Virus record (IMG/VR): IMGVR_UViG_3300024988_000234
Coordinates: 1 to 35,347 of that record
Strand: one strand, 5' to 3'
Length of the DNA stretch: 35,347 bases
Source of the DNA: a virus
Lineage: Duplodnaviria > Caudoviricetes
In this document: in pieces, positions 9,174 through 17,604 of the stretch
How the letters are laid out: each line of letters begins with the position of its first letter
Position numbering within the stretch: the first letter of the stretch is position 1
Translations under genes and position numbers: made by a program
The notes under the pieces: model-generated
Seen by the model: only the letters and a program-made list of their open reading frames with translations
What the model was told of the DNA's origin: nothing
The model's database searches: none

Positions 9174-10763
9174 TTACTGGTAGTAGGGGTCGCCGCCGTA
9201 TTGCTGGCGGCCCATCTGGGCGTCCAGCTCCGCCTGCCACTTGCGTTGGGCCTGCCAGACGGCCTGCTGGAGGGCCTGGCGGATGGAGGCGACGTCGGGC
9301 CCGGCGGCGGTCTGGGCGGCCTCGCGGGCCAGGTCCTGGAGGACGGACGGGTTGGCGTCGGGGAATTCCTGCCGGGCGATGCCGGCGGCGGTCTGGTAGG
9401 CGGCGTCTTCCTGGGCCCGCAGGCGGTTCCCGGGGAGCGAGTCGCGGGCTGCCTGCTCGCGCTGGCGTTCGGCCCGGTCGCGGTTCCCCATCAGGATCTT
9501 CGTCTCGCGGTCCTCGGCGTCCCGGCGGCGCCTCGCGTCGGCGGCCTCGACCTCCGCCGCGTCCTTATTCTGGGCGTCCCGCTTCCGGATGTACTCGGCC
9601 TCCTGGTCCTCCATGTTCCGACGGCGGAGGTCGTCGGCGGCCTCGACCTCGGCCGCGTCCTGGTTAGCGACCTGCTCGCGCCATTCGGCCTCGACCTTGG
9701 TGCCCTGGGCGTTGAGCTGGTCGACGAGCTTCTTGTCCTTGGCATGGGCCAGGCCGCCGCGCGTGGCCCCGATCCAGCCCTTGACGTTGCCCGGGTCGAG
9801 GGACAGCATCCGCGACGCGGCGACGTCGTCGCCCTTCAGGGCCGAGGCGACGACGTCGCCGGCCTCCTTGTGGAGCTTGGCGGCCTCGGCGTCGATCTGT
9901 TCCTGCACCTGCTCCTGGAGCTTGTCGTAATATTCGTCGCGGGAGAGCTGGTAGACCGCCCCGTCCTTCCCCTTGGCGATGATCTGGTCGCGGCCGGCCC
10001 GCTCGTCGCGGCGGCGGTAGAGGTCCAGCTCGCGCTGGCGGGCCTCCAGCTCGCCGACGCGGCCCGACCGCCGTGACTGCTCCAGCAGCGTCCGCCCGGC
10101 GCGTCGGACGGCGTCGTCCGGGCCGCCCGAGTCGTTGACGACCTTCTGGGCGACCGCCGCGGCGTCCTTGTCGAGCCCCTCGGCGTCGGCGGCCTTCCGG
10201 GCCTTGTCGAACGTCGCCTGCTTCTCCTTCTCGGCGGTGACCTCCTTCTCCAGCTCGACGCGCCTCGCCGTCGCGTCGTTGTACTCGGCCAGCTCGGAGT
10301 CCGTGAGCCAGCCCTTCTCCCGCAGCTCCTTCAGACGGTCCTGCAAGGTCTTCAGGGCTTCGGACAGCCCCCCCAGGCGGTCCGCGGCCTTGGGGACGTC
10401 GTTGGAGCCGTCGACCATCGCCGAGAAGGCCGCCTTGAGGGGCGGGATGGCGAAGTAGGCGGCCAGGCCGACGGCCGTCATCAAGCCGGCGAGTCCCGGG
10501 CCGCCGCCGAGGGCCGTCGCGAGGCCCTCGATATTGTTCAACACGCCGCCGATCCCGCCCTGCGCGAAGTCCTGGAGGAACCGCCCCCCCTCCAGCACGG
10601 AGCGGCCGAAGTTGCGCGTGGAGCCCTCGGCCTTGTCGGCGGCGCCCGCCAGCTCCTCCAGCTTGGACTTCGCCCCCTGGGCCTTGTCGCGCAGGTCGTC
10701 GAGGTCCTTGGCCCCGGTGACCTGGAGGAGGAGCTGGACGACCTCGTCGTTGCTCATCGCCAC
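9174..10763 (-). CDS. Tape measure protein, 529 aa
   Basis: Follows the tail tube; Ala-rich helical; QDFAQGGIGGVLNNI motif, a hydrophobic segment, and an internal repeat DAAEVEAAD x2. Confidence 0.82.
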   Translation of the reverse strand: MAMSNDEVVQLLLQVTGAKDLDDLRDKAQGAKSKLEELAGAADKAEGSTRNFGRSVLEGGRFLQDFAQGGIGGVLNNIEGLATALGGGPGLAGLMTAVGLAAYFAIPPLKAAFSAMVDGSNDVPKAADRLGGLSEALKTLQDRLKELREKGWLTDSELAEYNDATARRVELEKEVTAEKEKQATFDKARKAADAEGLDKDAAAVAQKVVNDSGGPDDAVRRAGRTLLEQSRRSGRVGELEARQRELDLYRRRDERAGRDQIIAKGKDGAVYQLSRDEYYDKLQEQVQEQIDAEAAKLHKEAGDVVASALKGDDVAASRMLSLDPGNVKGWIGATRGGLAHAKDKKLVDQLNAQGTKVEAEWREQVANQDAAEVEAADDLRRRNMEDQEAEYIRKRDAQNKDAAEVEAADARRRRDAEDRETKILMGNRDRAERQREQAARDSLPGNRLRAQEDAAYQTAAGIARQEFPDANPSVLQDLAREAAQTAAGPDVASIRQALQQAVWQAQRKWQAELDAQMGRQQYGGDPYYQ

Positions 10764-10781
10764 GATGACGCTCCGATCCGA

Positions 10782-11672
10782 TCAGACGACGGTCAGGGCG
10801 CAGTCGGTGCCGGCGCCCTGGTCGTAGAAGCTCTCGATCGAGACCGTCTGGTAGGCCGGGCCGGAGAGCGGGATCCGGTCGGCGACCGCGGCGGTGTAGT
10901 CCTTGGTCTTCAGGTCGAGCGTGACGGACTTCGTCGGCGAGGTCCGGGCCCAGCCGAGCGAGACCGCCAGGGCGGTCTGGGCCTCCAGGGCGGCCCTGAA
11001 GGCGGTGGAGACGTATTGGAGGTCGACCTGGACGTCGACGTCCCGGCCCCCGTAGTAGCAGCTGGTGATGTAGCGTTTCTCGTCCCAGGTCCCGGTGAGG
11101 ATGTTGGTCACGTCGACCGTGATCCCGCGGTAGAGCCCGATCGCCGATCCGCCGACGGTGATCAGGCCGTCGGTCTCCACGTGCTCGTAGGGCACTTCGG
11201 ACGGGAAGACGTCGTCCAAAGGTTGGGCGAGGGTCGTCAGCGAAGCGTCGAGCCGCTGGGCCACCCAGCCGAGCTGGACGATGAGATAGTCCTGGTCGGC
11301 CTGCGAGACGATCTTGAGGCTCTTGACCTTGGCCCCCAGGTAGCCCTGCACCCGCACGCTGTCGAAGAAGTCGAGCGTATAGCTGCCGAGGTCGTTGGAC
11401 GTCAGGTTGAACGCGGCCCCCAGCAGGACCGCCGCCTGCGTCGGGTACATGAGGGTCGTGAGCTGGCCGCCGTAGGCGGTGCGGGCGGCGACGCGCTGGC
11501 GGCGGCGGTTGCCGCCGTCGGCCGAGCGGATGATCTGGGCCAGCGGCGCGGGCCGCATGGTGAACGCGTCGTCGGCGTGCAGCCGGCACCAGGTCGCGGC
11601 GCCGGCGCCGTTCCGCACGCCGTAGGTGGTCTCCGGCGTGATCTTCAGCCAGGATTGGGCGCCCCAGGGCAT
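10782..11672 (-). CDS. Major tail tube protein, 296 aa
   Basis: N-terminal ETTYG motif typical of siphophage tail tubes; position before the tape measure gene; AGGA RBS. Confidence 0.8.
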   Translation of the reverse strand: MPWGAQSWLKITPETTYGVRNGAGAATWCRLHADDAFTMRPAPLAQIIRSADGGNRRRQRVAARTAYGGQLTTLMYPTQAAVLLGAAFNLTSNDLGSYTLDFFDSVRVQGYLGAKVKSLKIVSQADQDYLIVQLGWVAQRLDASLTTLAQPLDDVFPSEVPYEHVETDGLITVGGSAIGLYRGITVDVTNILTGTWDEKRYITSCYYGGRDVDVQVDLQYVSTAFRAALEAQTALAVSLGWARTSPTKSVTLDLKTKDYTAAVADRIPLSGPAYQTVSIESFYDQGAGTDCALTVV

Positions 11673-11693
11673 GCGAGGAGTCCTTTCGGTCGG

Positions 11694-12209
11694 TCAGGGG
11701 GTGTTGACGTGGAGGGTGCAGGTCAGCGTGCCGGTCGCGGTGGCGAACCGGACGACCTGGTCGTCGGCCGCGTCCTTGACCACGACGCCGAACCCGGGCC
11801 TGGTGAGGGTGGGCTTGATGATGCCCGCGTCGTGGAAGAACGACCGGCGGGCGTCGCGCAGCTCGACGGTCTTCCCCGGCCAGAGGGCCCGGCGGACGGC
11901 GGCCCAGAGGTTCAAGAGCTGGTCGACGTCGCTGCCGATCACGGCGGCCTCGATCGTCAGCTCGCAGGCCAGCTCGTGCTGCCCCTGGTTCGTCCAGCCC
12001 GACGTGCAGCCCGTGGGCGTGATCCGCAGGTAGGGGCAGTTGGCGACCGTCGGCTCGTCGACGTCGGCGACGTCGCCGGTCCAGGCGTGCATCGTCACGC
12101 CGCAGGCCCGGAGCGTGGGGTCGTCGGCCAGGACCTGCACCACGGCGCGCAGGGCGATCGTCTCCTCCGCGGGGGGGAGCGGGAGCTTGGGCGAGCCGAT
12201 TTCCGACAT
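11694..12209 (-). CDS. Putative tail terminator/completion protein, 171 aa
   Basis: Size and position immediately before the tail tube; P(Y)LRITP motif. Confidence 0.65.
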   Translation of the reverse strand: MSEIGSPKLPLPPAEETIALRAVVQVLADDPTLRACGVTMHAWTGDVADVDEPTVANCPYLRITPTGCTSGWTNQGQHELACELTIEAAVIGSDVDQLLNLWAAVRRALWPGKTVELRDARRSFFHDAGIIKPTLTRPGFGVVVKDAADDQVVRFATATGTLTCTLHVNTP

Positions 12210-12212
12210 GGG

Positions 12213-12755
12213 TCAGGCTTCCTTGAGCTTCCGGCGGACGAAGGCTTGCAGCATCGACCGGGCCTGACGCTCGGTGTCGGGCCGGACGTGGGCCAGGTCG
12301 CGGACGGGCAATCTCCCCTCGCCGCGGAAGTGGCAGGGGAGGAAGGGCCGACCGGCGGGGTCCAGGACGTTCTTCCACGCGCCGTAGGCGACCCAGGCCC
12401 GGTCGGAGAGCCGCTGGTGGGCGGTGACGAAGTTCTTGATCGACCGCGAATCCTTCCGCCGCGGCGCCAGGGCCGGCCCGTCCATCGTCCGGTACCAGGA
12501 CGTCGTCGGGTTGTCGTTCGGTCGGTTGAGGATGACGAACGTCGCGGAGATCCGCCGCTTGGGAGGCTTCGGCCGGTATTTGACCGGCGTGATGGGCCGG
12601 CCGTAGCCGTCGATCCCGGCGAGGATCCCCGCCTCGTTGTCGCGGTCGAGGAGGTCCTCCCAGTCCAGCAGCAGCCCCGTCATGTCGAGCGCGGAGAGCG
12701 AGCCCGCCTTGCGGATGAGGCGGTCGAGTCCGGTCGTGATGAGCTTCGCGGGCAC
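12213..12755 (-). CDS. Phage virion morphogenesis/neck protein (Mu gpG / P2 gpS-like), 180 aa
   Basis: D..G....P, H..G...LPVRD motifs resembling the HQfG..iPaRpfLG signature; head-tail junction position. Confidence 0.65.
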   Translation of the reverse strand: MPAKLITTGLDRLIRKAGSLSALDMTGLLLDWEDLLDRDNEAGILAGIDGYGRPITPVKYRPKPPKRRISATFVILNRPNDNPTTSWYRTMDGPALAPRRKDSRSIKNFVTAHQRLSDRAWVAYGAWKNVLDPAGRPFLPCHFRGEGRLPVRDLAHVRPDTERQARSMLQAFVRRKLKEA

Positions 12756-12756
12756 G

Positions 12757-12948
12757 TCAGGGCTTGGGAGGGGTCTCGGGCTCGGGCCTGGGTTCGAAGC
12801 GGATCCCGCCGTCGCCGGGGTACGGCTCGCGGTGGTCGGCTTCCATGACGAGGATGGGGCCGGGGATGCCGCGCGGGAACGCGGCGCAGGTCCACCGCCG
12901 GTCGTCGACGAAGTGCCGGCATCGGAGGCAGATGGGATCGACGGTCAC
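12757..12948 (-). CDS. Small Cys-rich protein (CxxC..C.AFP.GIP..H..P..GD.GI.F), 63 aa; candidate immunity protein
   Basis: GTGA overlap with the stop of the metallopeptidase gene; compact conserved-looking motif. Confidence 0.75.
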   Translation of the reverse strand: MTVDPICLRCRHFVDDRRWTCAAFPRGIPGPILVMEADHREPYPGDGGIRFEPRPEPETPPKP

Positions 12949-14285
12949 GGCCGGACGCCCCCGAGCTTGTCGTAATACTCCAGGATCTCCTCGGGAAGTG
13001 TACGCCCGGCCCGAAGCATCGCATACACCTCGGCCACGAACTCCTTGCGCTGGGTCGCCGCGTAGCGGGAGACGTGGCGGACGATCGCCTCGCGGAGGGA
13101 ATCCCGGACCGGCAAGCCGGTCATGGCGGCGTAGTCCGCCAGGCCGAGCGCGTGGCGGTGGGCCCGGTGGCCCAGCTCGTGGTGGACGACGTCGGCGTAG
13201 GAGTCGCCCACCCACCAGCCGGTCTCGCGCATCCGGGTCAGCTCCGCGGGGTCCGACCAGGTCGTCGCGAACGGGTTGATCCAGATCGTGTCGGAGACGG
13301 CCTCGTAGGCGGCCGGGACGTTGGGGACCCTCTTCCCCAGGTATTTGTCCGCCGCCTTCCGGTCGAGGACGACGACCTTCGCTCCCAGCGAGCGGGCCAG
13401 GCGGGCGGCGTCGGCGGGCGTCCGGACGACGGCCGGGGCCGGCGGGGGCTTCGGGGCCGCCTTGGGCCGGGGCTTCGCCGGCGGGGCGGCGGGCGGCGGC
13501 CCGGGGGGCGGCGACGGCCGCAGGCCCAGCCTCGCCCGCTCGGCGGCCCGCTCGGCCCGCCCGCGGAACCCGCTGAACGAGCCGTCGGCGATCCCCCGGC
13601 GGATCGACGCGGCCGAGCCGCCCTGGAGCGTGTAGACGTCGCCGTTGATCTCGACCTGGCCGATGCGGCGGTTGGCCTTGGGGATCGCGTTCGCGGGATT
13701 CTTCGGGACGTAGGGCGGGACGCGGTCCACCAGGAATTTCGGCCGGCCGTCGGGATACGTCGGCGTCGCGGCCGTCGGGGTCGTCGCCCGGCCGGCGAGG
13801 TAGTCCTCCCACCAGGCGGCGGCCCGGCGCCGGGCCTCGGCGAGCGACGCCGGCGAGAGGCCGATCACGTCGCGGACCGGGACGCCGTCCCCCTTGCGGT
13901 GGATCTGGAGGATGCGGCCCCAGGGCTTCCCGGTGTGGGGGTCGACGAGCCAGCCGAAGATCGCGCCGTCGGGGGTCGCCTCGCCGACGAACAGCGACCG
14001 CGTCCGGCTGAGGCCGTGGGCCGGCTGGAGCGCGGGGCCGACCGGGTCGGCCGGGCCCATCGCTGATCGCCGGTGCGCGATCGTCGCCGCGGCCAGGGGG
14101 GCCATCTCGCGGCCGAAGCGGTCCAGGCCCCGGGCCAGCTCGCGGGCCTTGGTCTCCTTGGCGAACTCGACGAAGGCCCGCCAGTAGGCGAGGCGGTCCG
14201 CGGCGTCCGCGGCGCGCACCGAGGCCGGCTCGCCGCCGGAGACCCGGAATCGGGCCGGTCGCGGGATCGTCGTCGGGGAGGCCAT
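12945..14285 (-). CDS. Virion morphogenesis domain fused to a C-terminal zincin metallopeptidase, 446 aa
   Basis: TGATG-coupled ATG 14285; N-terminus paralogous to 12213-12755; Pro-rich linker; HHELGH and SRYAATQRKEFVAE. Confidence 0.8.
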   Translation of the reverse strand: MASPTTIPRPARFRVSGGEPASVRAADAADRLAYWRAFVEFAKETKARELARGLDRFGREMAPLAAATIAHRRSAMGPADPVGPALQPAHGLSRTRSLFVGEATPDGAIFGWLVDPHTGKPWGRILQIHRKGDGVPVRDVIGLSPASLAEARRRAAAWWEDYLAGRATTPTAATPTYPDGRPKFLVDRVPPYVPKNPANAIPKANRRIGQVEINGDVYTLQGGSAASIRRGIADGSFSGFRGRAERAAERARLGLRPSPPPGPPPAAPPAKPRPKAAPKPPPAPAVVRTPADAARLARSLGAKVVVLDRKAADKYLGKRVPNVPAAYEAVSDTIWINPFATTWSDPAELTRMRETGWWVGDSYADVVHHELGHRAHRHALGLADYAAMTGLPVRDSLREAIVRHVSRYAATQRKEFVAEVYAMLRAGRTLPEEILEYYDKLGGVRP

Positions 14286-15121
14286 CAGGTGAAGAGGGTG
14301 TTGGTCGCGGCGAGGGGGATGTAGAGGTCGGGCCGGCCGTCGCCGTCGAGGTCGATCGCGACGGACGACATGCCGTCCAGCTCGTCCTCGGCGAGCCGGG
14401 AGTACCAGCCGGCCCGGCCGGCGTGCTGGGGGTTGACGCCGACCTGGGCCCGGGCGACCAGCTCGACGGCCTTGTAGGTGCAGGCCAGGGCGACCTGGGG
14501 CGTCACGAGGAGCCTGTCGGCGGCGAGCCAGTCGAGGACGATCGTCGACGGCCCGAGCGGCCGGCGGGGGACGCCCCACGCCAGCGCGGCGGCCGAGTGC
14601 TCGCCGTAGATCCCCAGGCCGCCGGCCCGGTAGTTCGCGGCGACGATCGCGTCGAGCCAGTTGCGGGCCTTGACCCGCTGCCGCAGGAACCTCGCCTGGT
14701 CGTCGCGGGCCTGGAGGTGGGCGAGCCAGGGGGCCTCCTCGACCATCAGCTCGTAGGAGCCGTAGGGGGCGATGGAGGCCGTGGCGTCGGCGACCGGGGA
14801 CGGCGTGACCTCCAGCGTGCCGTCGAGGAGGGCCGCGACGGCGTCGCCCCGCGTCGCCGTCGCCCGGAGGCGGTAGCGGCCCGGCTCCAGCGCCGCGGAC
14901 GCCGCGGCGGCCAGCGACAGCCGCCAGGTCCCGGACGGGGCGTCGAGCCAGCTCGCCGTCGGCCCGCCGGCGATCGGGGCCGTCGAGCCGCCGGGCCAGA
15001 GCGTCGCCGAGAGGGCGTCGCTCGCCAGGAAGACGGAGACCGCGTCGCCGTCGTAGTCGGCGGCGACGAAGTCGCGGACGAGCGACGCGCCGCGGGGGAC
15101 GGTCAGTGCGATTCCGGCCAT
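14285..15121 (-). CDS. Head-tail adaptor with an N-terminal Ig-like extension, 278 aa
   Basis: N-terminal beta-sandwich pattern (LEPGRYRL..LLDGTLEV); C-terminal helical region (PYGS..L..A..WLD..ACTY.A) typical of gp15/gp6-like adaptors; position. Confidence 0.6.
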   Translation of the reverse strand: MAGIALTVPRGASLVRDFVAADYDGDAVSVFLASDALSATLWPGGSTAPIAGGPTASWLDAPSGTWRLSLAAAASAALEPGRYRLRATATRGDAVAALLDGTLEVTPSPVADATASIAPYGSYELMVEEAPWLAHLQARDDQARFLRQRVKARNWLDAIVAANYRAGGLGIYGEHSAAALAWGVPRRPLGPSTIVLDWLAADRLLVTPQVALACTYKAVELVARAQVGVNPQHAGRAGWYSRLAEDELDGMSSVAIDLDGDGRPDLYIPLAATNTLFT

Positions 15122-15131
15122 GCGGGTCCCG

Positions 15132-15320
15132 TCAGGTCGAGGGGGTCGGGTCGAGGATCTTCGCGCGGCTCGGGTCGACCGCCCCGAACGCGGCGGCGGC
15201 CGGCGCCGTCGGCAGGCTCAGGATCGGCGGCGCGACGAGCGCCGGGGCCGGGGGCGTCGGCGACGCCCCGAGCGAGCCGAACGGGGCGAGCGAGCCGTAG
15301 GGGCGGAGGGCGCCGAACAC
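15132..15320 (-). CDS. Possible small Pro/Ala-rich protein, 62 aa
   Basis: Exactly fills the gap in the operon with GAGGAG upstream; low complexity. Confidence 0.4.
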   Translation of the reverse strand: MFGALRPYGSLAPFGSLGASPTPPAPALVAPPILSLPTAPAAAAFGAVDPSRAKILDPTPST

Positions 15321-15323
15321 GGG

Positions 15324-15803
15324 TCAAGGCTCCTCGTCGTCGGGGACCAGTTCGCCGGCGAAGAAATCTGCGGCCATCTGAGCGAACCTGGCCCCCATGG
15401 CCTCGATCTCGGCCGCCAGGGTGGAGAAGACTTCCGAGTAGCCGGGGATGCGAGGGCGGATCAGCGGTGCGGGCCCGAACGTGGGTTCGACGGCAGGCGC
15501 GAGGACGGCGGGCTCGCCGGTCTCGGGGTCGGGGTCGCCGTAGACGGGCGGGACGTAGGCGGACAACTGCTCGGGCTGGCCGTAGACGGCGGGCTGCTCC
15601 TCGGGCTCGATCGGATAGACCTCGACCTTGATCGGGCCCGCGCCGGGGACCGTCCAGGCGTCGGCCCGGAAGAACTCCCAGGTGATCGCCGCCCGCCTCT
15701 TGCCGTGATCGAAGGCGTGCAGCCGCTGCCACGCCATGGCCTCGATCAACTCGCTGGGCTTCGACGGGTCGGGGATCGAGACCCGGATGAATTTAGACGC
15801 CAT
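15324..15803 (-). CDS. Hypothetical protein, 159 aa (possible fibre assembly chaperone)
   Basis: GAGGA RBS before ATG 15803; follows the fibre genes. Confidence 0.6.
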   Translation of the reverse strand: MASKFIRVSIPDPSKPSELIEAMAWQRLHAFDHGKRRAAITWEFFRADAWTVPGAGPIKVEVYPIEPEEQPAVYGQPEQLSAYVPPVYGDPDPETGEPAVLAPAVEPTFGPAPLIRPRIPGYSEVFSTLAAEIEAMGARFAQMAADFFAGELVPDDEEP

Positions 15804-15813
15804 GGCGCGATCC

Positions 15814-16401
15814 TCAGTAGGCGAAGCTGCCGACCGCACCGGCCGGCGGGACGCCCGCGCAGTGCGGGGACCAGGGATCGATGAAGATCCCCTGGAGCGG
15901 GGCGAGGGAACTGGAATTGCCGCGAGAGAAGCGGAAGACGACCGACCCCGTGAAGGCCGCGAGGACCCAATAGGAGCTGTACTGGAAAGCATTGGCCTTG
16001 GTGTAGGCGCCGAGGACGGTCGCCCCGTCCATCACGTCGACGACCGACGTCCGGTTCGGGGCGGACGGGTCCATGCAATAGACCTGGGCCAGGTGCCACG
16101 CCGAATCGGTCGCGGACACGGTGCAGGTCATGTAGCCGGCCGTGTTGATGTACCAGCCCCCGTAAGATCGGGCCGTCCCGGCCTTGTTGGTGAGGGCGTA
16201 GCCGTCGGCCATCGTCGGCGAATAGCCGGCGATCCAGGACAAGCCGGTCTGCCCCGAGATCGCGATCGCGTAGCCGGCCGGGATGTCGTTCCAGTCGGCG
16301 GGGGTCGCGTCGCCCGCGGCCATCCGGACCGCCTGGCGGCCCCTCGCGCCGATCCAGTCGCCGTCGCGATAGTTGTCGACGCCGAGGTACACCGCGCCCA
16401 T
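15814..16401 (-). CDS. Beta-sandwich protein, putative receptor/carbohydrate-binding, 195 aa
   Basis: TGATG coupling; GDWIG..G, R..GWY, H...VY.MD...R...VDVMD, GIFID pattern. Confidence 0.65.
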   Translation of the reverse strand: MGAVYLGVDNYRDGDWIGARGRQAVRMAAGDATPADWNDIPAGYAIAISGQTGLSWIAGYSPTMADGYALTNKAGTARSYGGWYINTAGYMTCTVSATDSAWHLAQVYCMDPSAPNRTSVVDVMDGATVLGAYTKANAFQYSSYWVLAAFTGSVVFRFSRGNSSSLAPLQGIFIDPWSPHCAGVPPAGAVGSFAY

Positions 16402-17594
16402 CAGCGGTTCCTCCGGCCGTGCTTGATGTAGACCTCCACCGATTGGACGCCCGTGCCCGGCGCCGGCGACGATGCGCAGGAGGCCGCGAAGACGTCGCCC
16501 TTGGCGATCGCGAGGTCGGATATCGAGCCGGCCGCGATCGTCACGACGGCGGTGTTTGAGGCGACGACGGCTTGTGTGGCGATGGTCGTGCCGTTTTTCG
16601 TGACGACCAGCGTGAACCCGCCCGACGCTCCGTTGACGTTGGCCTTGATGAGGATTTCGAGGATCTTCCCGGGCCACGTCGCGATCCGCGACGCCGAGGC
16701 CCCGGCGGCCAGGTCGACGCCGGACGCCAGCAGGTACGACAGGTCGTAGCCGCCGGCGTTGCCGTCGGCGTCGACGCCCGACGCCTGGACCCCCAGCGTG
16801 TTCAGGTGCTTGAGCTGGTCGCCGGAGCCGCTGGACTGCGTGCTCTTGTCCACGAGGGTCTGGGCCCCCGTGAGCGCGACGTAGGACGCGAGGGCCGACG
16901 ACAGGCCCGAGGGTGAGACGTAGTCCGTCCCGGCGACGGCCTGACTGACGGCCGTCCCGTTGCCCTTCAGGATTCCGACGATCGAGCACGTCAGGGTGAT
17001 GGCGGGCGTCGTCGTCGCGTTGGCCACGGACCCGCCCAGGCCGTTGGCCGAGGCCACCGACACCGTCGTGACGGTCCCGGAGCCGCCCCCGCCGCCCGCG
17101 TACTGCGGGATGTTGAGCGTCGAGCCGACCAGCGTGGCCGCGCCGCTCGTCCCGGTGGTGGTGAGCGTGAGCGAGCCCTGTTTGCCGGCGAGGCCGGCGT
17201 TCAGGGCCGCCGTGGTCGCATAATCCCCGAGCGTCGTCGCCAGGGCCGTCGAGGTGACGCACGTCGCGATCGCCGCCCACAGCGCGGCTTCGTCGGCGGC
17301 GAGCGGGACGCAGGCGGCGACGTCGCCGACCTGGACGGCCGGGTCGACGTAGCCGGGGACGTTGCCCGCGCACGTCAGGGCGTCCCCCGAGACGCCGGTC
17401 ACGAGGACGGCGCCCTGGAGGGCCTCCGAGCCGGCCGGCCCGCGGAAGATAGCCACCGGCATCGGCGACGACGGGGTCGGGTTGGCGGCGGCGAACGCCG
17501 CCCCCTTCCCCGTCGCGAGCGTCAGCGTCGGGCCGCCGGCCGCCCGGGCGAGCGCGGCCGGCCCGACGGCGGCGTCGGCGTGGACGTAGGCCAC
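16401..17594 (-). CDS. Fibre/whisker protein, 397 aa
   Basis: LTLTTTGTSGAATL..TLNIPQY and GTVTTVSV.SANG..G.VANATTTPAITL..GILKGNGTA....AGTDY, segments recalled from phage fibre proteins; G/T/A-rich. Confidence 0.75.
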   Translation of the reverse strand: MAYVHADAAVGPAALARAAGGPTLTLATGKGAAFAAANPTPSSPMPVAIFRGPAGSEALQGAVLVTGVSGDALTCAGNVPGYVDPAVQVGDVAACVPLAADEAALWAAIATCVTSTALATTLGDYATTAALNAGLAGKQGSLTLTTTGTSGAATLVGSTLNIPQYAGGGGGSGTVTTVSVASANGLGGSVANATTTPAITLTCSIVGILKGNGTAVSQAVAGTDYVSPSGLSSALASYVALTGAQTLVDKSTQSSGSGDQLKHLNTLGVQASGVDADGNAGGYDLSYLLASGVDLAAGASASRIATWPGKILEILIKANVNGASGGFTLVVTKNGTTIATQAVVASNTAVVTIAAGSISDLAIAKGDVFAASCASSPAPGTGVQSVEVYIKHGRRNR

Positions 17595-17604
17595 GGTTCG
17601 GCCC

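Noticed and set aside
9520-9665. Duplicated segment encoding DAAEVEAAD
   Set aside because: Ordinary tape-measure internal repeat; not a DGR template/variable pair, and no reverse transcriptase is present.
6618-10076. 1152-aa + strand ORF and other long ORFs such as 6274-9240, 9664-12378, 11016-12848, 20962-22701, 27995-29785 and 28014-29861
   Set aside because: Shadow or antisense frames of real genes in very GC-rich DNA; R/G/P/A-rich with no motifs. Only the 3' ends of some are real genes, with re-called starts.
16025-16037. 13-bp match (CCGTCCATCACGT) to one arm of the candidate recombinase site, inside the receptor-binding gene, suggesting an invertible segment
   Set aside because: Only one half-site, a different central dinucleotide, and no alternative fibre cassette; it may be coding coincidence.
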